IMG/VR virus record: IMGVR_UViG_3300047160_036265
Source: a virus
DNA length: 64,000 bases
Direction: 5' to 3' (one strand)
This document shows, in pieces, positions 50,990 through 58,205 of the stretch (within the stretch, counting starts at the first letter, position 1; each line of letters opens with the position of its first letter). Both the position numbers and the translations under genes were made by a program. The notes below the pieces were generated by a model that was not told the DNA's origin, did not search any database, and saw nothing but the letters and a program-made list of their open reading frames with translations.

Positions 50990-51440
50990 ATATTCGGGCA
51001 GGGGTCTTTCTTTTGCGTTTGAAGTAACCCTGGCCTGCACCTACCCCCATTATGTATTGAAACCGGAGAAATATTCGGGCAGGGGCTTTCGTTGTGATTG
51101 AAGTAACCCTGACCTGCACCTTCCGGTTATGTTCTCGAATACGAGGGCGGGAGAAATAGTCGCTGCGAGTGTTTTTCAAAACCATTTTCTGAAGTAACCC
51201 GCAACTGCACCGTCCCGCCAAGTACCCCCGCCAGGAATTGAACCCGGCCTTCAACGTCCGAAGCGTTGCGTGCGATGCCGACACACTCCGGGGGCAAGAA
51301 TCTCTGGAGATATAGACGACCAGGGGCTTTTCGACATTAGTGGTGTTGAAGTAACCCTAGCCTGCACCTTCCAGAGAGTATTGGGGCGTGAGAAGTAGCT
51401 CGCCTACGATTTCTCGCAAGAACCCTCTCGCTCACGCCGA
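50990..51440. repeat. tandem array of four repeat-family-A units (about 85 bp each) with two embedded tRNAs and one repeat-C copy; candidate Y-RNA-like or tRNA-derived small RNA array next to rsr
   Basis: GAAGTAACCC-N4-CTGCACC at 51021, 51100, 51191 and 51348, each preceded by the GG(A/C)GAAATA(T/G)TCG..GGG..TTTC half; sits directly downstream (on the gene strand) of the Ro60-like gene. Confidence 0.55.
51223..51295 (-). tRNA. tRNA-Arg(UCG)
   Basis: Acceptor GCCCCCG/CGGGGGU, D-arm GUGUGUCGGCAUCGCAC, anticodon arm CAACG-CUUCGGA-CGUUG, T-arm GCCGGGUUCAAUUCCUGGC. Confidence 0.6.
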
Positions 51441-51441
51441 G

Positions 51442-51513
51442 TACCCCGTGCGGGAATTGAACCTGCTCTTTTACCTTCGGAGGGTAACGTGCTGTCCGGC
51501 ACACTCACGGGGT
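51442..51513 (-). tRNA. tRNA-Arg(CCG)
   Basis: Acceptor ACCCCGU/ACGGGGU, D-arm GUGUGCCGGACAGCAC, anticodon arm UUACC-CUCCGAA-GGUAA, T-arm GCAGG-UUCAAUU-CCCGC. Confidence 0.6.
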
Positions 51514-51569
51514 ATTGTTGCCCGACCCCCACAGTATATAGCAGGGATCGGGCAGTTGTCAAGGGTTGT

Positions 51570-53483
51570 TTAGGCGATCTTGTACTTCGCCCGCAGGACT
51601 TCCAGCGGCGGCACTTCCTTGGCCTCGCCCTGCTCCTGCTCGCCCAGGCCCTCGCAGTCAGCGATGATGTTGACCAGCTTCTCCGACCAGCCGGACAGCA
51701 GGTGGGTCTGCTTGTCGGTCGGCTTCACCTGAGCCTGGCCGTGGCCGTTCAGGTTGATGCTGTACACCTTGCACTGCGCGTTGACCTTCTGGCGGTAGTC
51801 GGCGCACATCGACTGCACGCTCATCCCCTTGAAGTGGTCCTTGCCGCCGTGGCACAGGTTGGCGTTCCCCTGCGTGTAGCAGCAGAAGTCACTCATGATG
51901 ATGATGCGGTCAACGTGGAGCTTCTTGTCCGTGATGTCCTTGAGGCCCCACCACAGACCCGTCTCCGTGCCGCCGCCCACACCACCGCCGTAGCGGTTGC
52001 TGCCCAGGCCACCGTGGGTCTTCGGGTCGTCGCTCTGGGCGCACTTCTTCACCTGCTCGTGGATCGCCAGGCAGGTGTCAGCCTGGCTGAACGGCACCCA
52101 CACCAGCATGTCACCGAACACGCCGATCTTCACGCGACGGCCCAGCTTCTTCGCCAGGACGGCCATCAGCATGTTGCCGGCGTCGGCAACCACCAGCCGG
52201 GACTTGGCGCTCGTGGCGCAGCCCGTGGCCGAACCGGAGTTGTCCGTCAGGACCACCGTGATGCCCGGCAAGTCGGCAATGTTGTTGCACGCCTGGTCCA
52301 GCTTCAGGTCGATCACCGTCTTGGCTTCCGTCGTGGAAACCTCGTTCTTGGCGGTGAACCACCGGAACGGAAGCTGCACAGAGTCTTCCTTGCCCTGAAG
52401 CTTCTCGTAGACCTTGCTCCACAGAGCATCGCTGATCTTGGCCTGCTCGAAGTTGCGCAGGTTGCGGGTAAGGGCCATCTCGCCCATCATCGGGATGCAC
52501 AGTTCCCAGACTTCCTTGCTGGAACCCAGGTGCGACAGCACGTTCTCCCAGGTCAGACCGGCCAGGCGCAGGAAGTCCGGGGTCACGCCCAAGGCCGGGA
52601 GGCCCTGCGCAGCCACGTCCTTCTTGTCGAGGCCGAAGAACTTCTTCCGGGCCTGGAGCAGCGGCGACGAGTTACCGTCCACCACGCCGTTCACCAGGAA
52701 GTCGAACAGGCTCTTGGACACGGGCCAGCCCACGTCCTTGTTCTGCTCGTGTTCGCCCTGCTCGTCCTGCACCTTCACAGTGACGGTGCTGATGCTGCCG
52801 GCCTTGGCCAGCTTCTTGTGCTTGGAGCCACGGAGCATCTTCAGCAGGTCGGCGTAGTTCGGGCGCTCCGTGGTGTCGTACTTCAGGATTTCGTATTCCG
52901 AGAACCGGGCGATGGCGGCGCACAGCGCCTTGCGCAGCGCGTGCGGCAGCGCACCCTTGTGGCGTGGCTTCGAGCGCTGGTACAGGTGGCGGAAGGCCGC
53001 AAACACCTGGAGCGGTTCATCGGCACGGTCCATGATCCGTGGGCCGTACTTGGCCAGGAACGGACGGGTCTTCTCGTTCGCCGCAGCGACCACCAGCATC
53101 ATCTGCGGGGTGGTGCGCAGGCGCAGGCCCTCCGTCTTGTCGCGTGCCCAGGACGCGATAATGAACAAGTCTTCCGGGTGATCGCCCTTGGCGACCGCCT
53201 GAGCCGTCTCGATGACTTCCTGGGCCTGCTCGGTCAAGCCGACCTCGTTGACGATCTTGGACTCGATGCGCCCGACCGTGGTAAGCTCCGTGATGAAAGC
53301 TTCATAGTCACGGTTGGAGTCGTAATACTTCGGCTCGTTGAAGAACCCGCCGCCGATGGTGTGCATCAGCTTCACGGCAGGGTCGTTGATCTCGTAGGCA
53401 ACGCCTGGAACATGCTTGTGGGCCACCTGCTCCTCAGCAGCAGCCTTGTGGACATCCTTCTTCTCGAAAGCGAACTTGGACAT
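51570..53483 (-). CDS. rsr: Ro60/Rsr-like protein (TROVE + vWA domains)
   Basis: Start at MSKFAFEK, preceded by GGAGAGGAGAG. IGGGFFNEPKYY resembles the Ro60 GSEGGTYY segment; helical-repeat N-terminal region; C-terminal vWA with MIDAS ITVVLTDNSGSATG; about 640 aa. Confidence 0.5.
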   Translation of the reverse strand: MSKFAFEKKDVHKAAAEEQVAHKHVPGVAYEINDPAVKLMHTIGGGFFNEPKYYDSNRDYEAFITELTTVGRIESKIVNEVGLTEQAQEVIETAQAVAKGDHPEDLFIIASWARDKTEGLRLRTTPQMMLVVAAANEKTRPFLAKYGPRIMDRADEPLQVFAAFRHLYQRSKPRHKGALPHALRKALCAAIARFSEYEILKYDTTERPNYADLLKMLRGSKHKKLAKAGSISTVTVKVQDEQGEHEQNKDVGWPVSKSLFDFLVNGVVDGNSSPLLQARKKFFGLDKKDVAAQGLPALGVTPDFLRLAGLTWENVLSHLGSSKEVWELCIPMMGEMALTRNLRNFEQAKISDALWSKVYEKLQGKEDSVQLPFRWFTAKNEVSTTEAKTVIDLKLDQACNNIADLPGITVVLTDNSGSATGCATSAKSRLVVADAGNMLMAVLAKKLGRRVKIGVFGDMLVWVPFSQADTCLAIHEQVKKCAQSDDPKTHGGLGSNRYGGGVGGGTETGLWWGLKDITDKKLHVDRIIIMSDFCCYTQGNANLCHGGKDHFKGMSVQSMCADYRQKVNAQCKVYSINLNGHGQAQVKPTDKQTHLLSGWSEKLVNIIADCEGLGEQEQGEAKEVPPLEVLRAKYKIA

Positions 53484-53568
53484 GATGACTCTCCTCTCCA
53501 ACTCAGCAGGGACCAGAGATAATATCGGCAGGAGTCCCGGCCCATAACAATAGGGCCGGTAAAACGGT

Positions 53569-53593
53569 GAAGTAACCCCCACCTGCACCTTCC
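53569..53593. repeat. repeat family A copy upstream of rsr
   Basis: gaagtaacccccacctgcaccttcc. Confidence 0.55.
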
Positions 53594-53770
53594 GGTCGGT
53601 CGAATGTTCTAGGCTACTTCACTATACGCAGGATGCAGCCTGTTGTAAACTACTTTTTTGAGAACCTTGGGTCTTGTCTCAATTTTCCCCAGCACATGGG
53701 CCGGGATTTATATGGTAGTGCGGGCTTTTCAAAAATTCAAGCCGACGTGCGATTATTTTGGGAAATATTT

Positions 53771-54193
53771 TCAGGTGATCTTCGACACCAGCGAATGACG
53801 GTGTTTATCGCACCACTTCTCACCGTCCGCATCTTGCCAGAGCGCCGGCTCGGAACAGCCGTGTTTATGGCAAGGCACTTTCGCTATTTCGCCCAGGACT
53901 TGACTGGTGATTTCCTCGACGCCGGAATAACCCTCCGGGTAGTTATAATGATGCCCGGTGGTGTAATCCGGCTCCAGCGTGGCCTCCACCTGCTTGCCCT
54001 GATACAGCCACACCCGCACCTGGGGAACGTAGGCGTTGTCCGCATAGGCCCCGGCCCGCACCTGCATCTTGGTGTTGGGCGGAAGCTTCTGCAATATGCG
54101 GATCAACTCGTCCGCCGTCATCTCCTCCTTGTCGAGAGGAAAATCCGGGTGGGGCTGCTTGGGAAGATCGCGCTTGCTCATAATGTCACCCAA
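53771..54193 (-). CDS. hypothetical protein
   Basis: 140-aa ORF; Cys/His cluster CHKHGCSEP..WCDKHRH at the C-terminus. Confidence 0.45.
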   Translation of the reverse strand: MGDIMSKRDLPKQPHPDFPLDKEEMTADELIRILQKLPPNTKMQVRAGAYADNAYVPQVRVWLYQGKQVEATLEPDYTTGHHYNYPEGYSGVEEITSQVLGEIAKVPCHKHGCSEPALWQDADGEKWCDKHRHSLVSKIT

Positions 54194-54347
54194 CCCCGGC
54201 GCAAGGCCGCTAGGAGTTCTTCATCGCTAACATAACCGGGGTCGGTGTGACCGGCGGCGATGTAGCAGAAGTTGGCAAATACCTGGCCGAAGGTCTGGTC
54301 GGGGCGCTCAGCCCAGCGGGTCGCCAGGAGTGCGAGGATTTCATCTT

Positions 54348-54641
54348 TCATCGTCGCTTCCCCTTCTTGGCGGCGTCCACTGCTTTTGCCCTGGCGATGA
54401 TGCCCTCGGCAATGGCAATCTTCCGCCCCAGGTTCTCGTGCATCCGCTTGGCCTCGTCCAGCGTCAGGACCATATGCTCGAAGCCCATCTGCGGGGGCAG
54501 GAAATAGCCGCTACGGATGTAGCTCTCCACCTGGCGTCGTTCCCGCAGCGGCAGGTTGAAGACCCCTGGCCGGCGGCGGTTGTTCCTGATGAGGACAACG
54601 TACATCGGGTAGGGGTTCGCTTTTTTCTTGCGTTTCGTCAC
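54348..54641 (-). CDS. hypothetical basic protein
   Basis: 97-aa ORF. Confidence 0.4.
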   Translation of the reverse strand: MTKRKKKANPYPMYVVLIRNNRRRPGVFNLPLRERRQVESYIRSGYFLPPQMGFEHMVLTLDEAKRMHENLGRKIAIAEGIIARAKAVDAAKKGKRR

Positions 54642-55021
54642 AGCGGCCTCACGAAATGCCGTACTATCGGCATGGTAATCGGATGCCCCTTCAGGCGTTC
54701 GGCCATCTCCTTGGCCTTCTGGCGGGCTTCCGGGGCGCAGAGGATTTCGTAAAAGTCGCCGCTCCCGGCGATCAACTCATGGAGGAGCCAGTACACTTCC
54801 TCGTCGCTGATCTCACTGCCGTCCCGCTTGGAGCAGGAAACGTGAACGGTTGCCGGCTGGTGTTCATTGGCCTCGTTGTAGTTGACCGTCACCTTGAGGC
54901 GGCGGAAGACATTTTCAAAACAGATGCCGTTGACGGGCAGCGGTATGCCGTGGCGGAAGACCAACCAGCCCTCGCTTATATCTGTCCGAATATACGGATC
55001 AACCTTATTGGGGATCATACG
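54638..55021 (-). CDS. hypothetical protein
   Basis: Start set at MIPNKVDPY... Confidence 0.4.
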   Translation of the reverse strand, partial: RMIPNKVDPYIRTDISEGWLVFRHGIPLPVNGICFENVFRRLKVTVNYNEANEHQPATVHVSCSKRDGSEISDEEVYWLLHELIAGSGDFYEILCAPEARQKAKEMAERLKGHPITMPIVRHFVRPL

Positions 55022-55026
55022 CCCTC

Positions 55027-55437
55027 CTATGTCACTAAAATGGGCGGTAGTTCCACCGGCTCCCCCTGTTCGTCCAACTTGACGGCGTGTTTGTAAAACG
55101 TGGTGACTTCGGGGTTGATGCGGTGGCCATCGTCCAGCCACTCCACGAAGATGCGAGACATCGCGCCCTGGGGCTTCATGGCCCGAAAGATGCCGAACCG
55201 GCCACCAATGTTGTAGTTGGGATGGGTGGGCGCACCCGGCAGCATGTAGAAGAACTCACCGTCCGTCCAGTTGGCCCGCACCCAATTGTAGAGTGCCTGG
55301 ATGTAGCGGCCCTTGCGGATTTTGTCCTGCAAGATGTCCTCGGCCAGTGGTCGGGGTGCCCTGGGACGGATCGGCTTGGTGTCCGGGTGTGCGTACCAAG
55401 GCACGGTTGCGGCGTTGAACGACTTCTTGCTGCTCAT
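55027..55437 (-). CDS. hypothetical protein
   Basis: Start set at MSSKKSFNA... Confidence 0.45.
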   Translation of the reverse strand: MSSKKSFNAATVPWYAHPDTKPIRPRAPRPLAEDILQDKIRKGRYIQALYNWVRANWTDGEFFYMLPGAPTHPNYNIGGRFGIFRAMKPQGAMSRIFVEWLDDGHRINPEVTTFYKHAVKLDEQGEPVELPPILVT

Positions 55438-55439
55438 GT

Positions 55440-55655
55440 TCACCCCACAGGGTAGCGTTTGACTACTTCCCCCTGGCGATTGACGATCTGAACTTCGTCG
55501 GCACCGTTGTATACGATGCGGGGGCCGTACCATTTCACCACTTTCCGCTCGGCTTCCTCCAGGCTGTCGGCCTCATCAACCAGGATGGTATCCTCGCCCG
55601 ACTCCTCGAAGGTATCCCAATGGTAAATACCGAACGCCTTTTTATGCTCCATCAT
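55440..55655 (-). CDS. hypothetical protein
   Basis: Start set at MMEHKKAFG... Confidence 0.4.
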   Translation of the reverse strand: MMEHKKAFGIYHWDTFEESGEDTILVDEADSLEEAERKVVKWYGPRIVYNGADEVQIVNRQGEVVKRYPVG

Positions 55656-56037
55656 GGGTAGCCGTCTCCGGCCACGACTGTTCCAGGTCCGGTCGTGGCG
55701 AAAATGCAAAAAACCGCCCGTCAAATAAGCCGAACCGCACCTGGATGCCCGGCAAATTGGCAAACGTGCAGACATACACTCGGCAAGGCACGGGCGAATT
55801 CGCCAGCCACCACTTTAACATTTTGTAGCCGATACCCATGAAGGTATCGTGATAGGTTTCGCTGTCAGCAGCCCCGTGAACCGTGCGAATCAGCGAATGC
55901 TCAATGTACATCCACCGGCCCGACTCCGGGTGAACCCACAGCGCCCAATCATTCTTGTCCGTTGGAAATGGCAAAATCGACGTGGGCCACTCCAAAGCAT
56001 CATGTATCGCCGCCTGCACCGTTGGGTCGCTTGCCAT
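55642..56037 (-). CDS. hypothetical protein
   Basis: 131-aa ORF. Confidence 0.45.
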   Translation of the reverse strand: MASDPTVQAAIHDALEWPTSILPFPTDKNDWALWVHPESGRWMYIEHSLIRTVHGAADSETYHDTFMGIGYKMLKWWLANSPVPCRVYVCTFANLPGIQVRFGLFDGRFFAFSPRPDLEQSWPETATHDGA

Positions 56038-56105
56038 GATAGTCGCCCAAGGGAAAATGGTAGTACCTTGCGACTATGCTACGGAAAACCGTCAACCATT
56101 GTAAA

Positions 56106-57320
56106 CTACCGAGTGACGTAGACCGACGCCTTCCCCTCCATGTTGCTGTCCTGCACCTGCCAGCCCTGGGCAACGATCTGATCCCGCACCGCATCGGCCT
56201 CGGCCCACTTCCGTTCGTCCCGTAGCGCAGCCCGCCGTGCGGCCAGTTCCTTTATGTCCTGCGGCACTTCATAATGTTCGACCTTGAATCCCAGCACGTC
56301 CGCCATCATCTTCGACGGCTCCCGGTGCAACTCGGCCAGGGCCACCGGCGTATTCAGGTCTTCGTCCATCGCCTCGATAAAGCCCTTGGTCATTCCCTCG
56401 GCGGGGGCGTTCAGAAGTTTATTGCGCAGGCTGCGCCACTGCAAATAGCACTGGTGGAAGCCGTACTGGTCGAGCGGCTGGCGATAATGGGCCTGAAGAA
56501 TCCAAAATCGCAGCATGTTCGGGTCGATCTGCTGCGCCCGCAGGTCGCGCAAATAAATAGCGTTGCCCTCGGACTTGCCCATCTTCTTGCCACGATTTTC
56601 AACAAAACCGTTGTGCAGCCAAATGGCGGCGAGCGGCTTGCCAATCAGCGATTCGCTAATAGCGATCTCGTTCTCATGGTGGGGGAATATCAGGTCGCAG
56701 CCACCGCAGTGAATATCGACGCTGCCGCCCAGCAACTCCTTGATAAAGACGGCGCACTCGGTATGCCAGCCTGGCCGACCCGCCACGAACATCTTCTTGT
56801 CCTCCTGGTTATTCTTCCAGAGGTAGAAGTCCTCGCAGGTCGTGTGGCCGGACAACTGGCCGTAGTTTTTGAAATTCTGACCGTGGAAGCGCACTCCATC
56901 CGCAACTTCGTAGGCCAGGCCCTTGACCAGCATCTCATTGACCCAGCCGGCCATCGCCCAGAAATACTTGGTCACACGGGGGTAGGCGTCAGCCCGCTGG
57001 ACGTTGAGCCAGTCGAAGTCCTCGAAATAAGAATCAATGTACTTGTCGCCCACCTGCTCGCAGGTGCAATGGTCCTGGCGGGCACGCTCGATGATCTTGT
57101 CGTCAATGTCCGTGAAGTTCTGGACGTACTTCACGGGGCGACCACGAAACTCCAGCCACCGACGCAGCACGTCCCAGGTGATGTACGACCGGGCATGGCC
57201 AATATGGCAGTAGTCATACGGTGTTACACCGCAGGCGTAAACCTGGAGCGCCCCATTGAGGATGCCGATATTGGGCAGGAAGTCAAGTTGCTTGGTCAGC
57301 GTGTTATAAAGCCGGATCAT
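56106..57320 (-). CDS. cysS: cysteinyl-tRNA synthetase
   Basis: YACGVTPYDYCHIGHARS (HIGH), DIHCGGCDLIFPHHENEIA, KMGKSEGN (KMSKS), FIEAMDEDLNTPVAL match CysS throughout; 404 aa. Confidence 0.85.
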   Translation of the reverse strand: MIRLYNTLTKQLDFLPNIGILNGALQVYACGVTPYDYCHIGHARSYITWDVLRRWLEFRGRPVKYVQNFTDIDDKIIERARQDHCTCEQVGDKYIDSYFEDFDWLNVQRADAYPRVTKYFWAMAGWVNEMLVKGLAYEVADGVRFHGQNFKNYGQLSGHTTCEDFYLWKNNQEDKKMFVAGRPGWHTECAVFIKELLGGSVDIHCGGCDLIFPHHENEIAISESLIGKPLAAIWLHNGFVENRGKKMGKSEGNAIYLRDLRAQQIDPNMLRFWILQAHYRQPLDQYGFHQCYLQWRSLRNKLLNAPAEGMTKGFIEAMDEDLNTPVALAELHREPSKMMADVLGFKVEHYEVPQDIKELAARRAALRDERKWAEADAVRDQIVAQGWQVQDSNMEGKASVYVTR

Positions 57321-57559
57321 TCCTGCACCATGAATAAACGAGGGCCATGCCCGTAGCCCAGCTTGCGAATGTTGTCGGCCTGCGTCCAGGCATTGCCCAG
57401 CGCCAGGTCTGTCACACCCTCATCGGAATAGTGCAGCCGCACCCCGACGTAGCCATTGACTTCTTCAAGTTGGAGAGCGGCAAGGTCATGCCGCCTCCAA
57501 CCTACCGAATAAGCGTGACGCTCAAGTTCCTTGATCGCCACGCCGATAAAGAGGATCAT
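57317..57559 (-). CDS. hypothetical protein
   Basis: Start set at the internal Met MILFIGVAIKELE. Confidence 0.35.
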   Translation of the reverse strand: MILFIGVAIKELERHAYSVGWRRHDLAALQLEEVNGYVGVRLHYSDEGVTDLALGNAWTQADNIRKLGYGHGPRLFMVQE

Positions 57560-57858
57560 GATGGTCCCTTCTTCTCGAACTTCGTGCCGACCTGCCAATC
57601 GCCGGTGAAACGGGGCGAACGGCGCACCAGGGTGATGGTGTTGCCGTCGCGTTCCCACACTGCCCGCTCGCCCTGTTCATCCAGCAGGACGTACCGAACA
57701 GTGGGGTACGGGGCATCGAGGGGTTCCTCAATATCCTGTACCCACTGTTCGGCTTGGTAGTCGTAGTCAATATCATTGACCCGACCCGCCAGAGTGTTGC
57801 CCGGTTCATTGTCGTGGATTTCGAGAATCATGGGGTTCCTCGTATTCCGGCGGCACAA
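57556..57858 (-). CDS. hypothetical protein
   Basis: 100-aa ORF. Confidence 0.4.
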   Translation of the reverse strand: MCRRNTRNPMILEIHDNEPGNTLAGRVNDIDYDYQAEQWVQDIEEPLDAPYPTVRYVLLDEQGERAVWERDGNTITLVRRSPRFTGDWQVGTKFEKKGPS

Positions 57859-58057
57859 ACTCCTCGCCGGTCAGGTAAAAGATGGCAGACTGCAACACCC
57901 GCAACTGACTTTCTTCCACGGTGACATATTCCTCATGTTCGAGGACAGTGCCTTTCAGGCCGTGCTTGCGGATATGGCCCAAGGACAGGGCCTTGTACGC
58001 AGCCATGTACTTCAAGCCATTGACGCAATCTTCCTTGCTTTGCCGTTGTTCGTCCAT
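57806..58057 (-). CDS. hypothetical protein
   Basis: Start set at MDEQRQSKED... Confidence 0.35.
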   Translation of the reverse strand: MDEQRQSKEDCVNGLKYMAAYKALSLGHIRKHGLKGTVLEHEEYVTVEESQLRVLQSAIFYLTGEEFVPPEYEEPHDSRNPRQ

Positions 58058-58065
58058 GTAGCACC

Positions 58066-58203
58066 CTACCGGGTCAGAAAATAGAGGGCGACGAAGAACA
58101 CCGCCAGCACGATCATGGGAATGTACCAGTACCGGGACAGCCACTTCTGCCAGGCGGGTAGCTTTTCCCACTCTTCGGGGGTCATGGGGTCGATGAGCCT
58201 GCC
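58066..58203 (-). CDS. small membrane protein
   Basis: MGRLIDPMTPEEWEKLPAWQKWLSRYWYIPMIVLAVFFVALYFLTR with a single TM helix. Confidence 0.35.
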   Translation of the reverse strand, partial: GRLIDPMTPEEWEKLPAWQKWLSRYWYIPMIVLAVFFVALYFLTR

Positions 58204-58205
58204 CA

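Noticed and set aside
50990-51440. CRISPR array at the tandem ~85-bp repeats
   Set aside because: The repeats are not identical (a variable 4-nt core), the spacers share conserved sequence (GGAGAAATA..GGG..TTTC), the period is about 85-90 bp, and tRNA genes are embedded. This fits a tRNA-associated tandem element rather than a CRISPR array.
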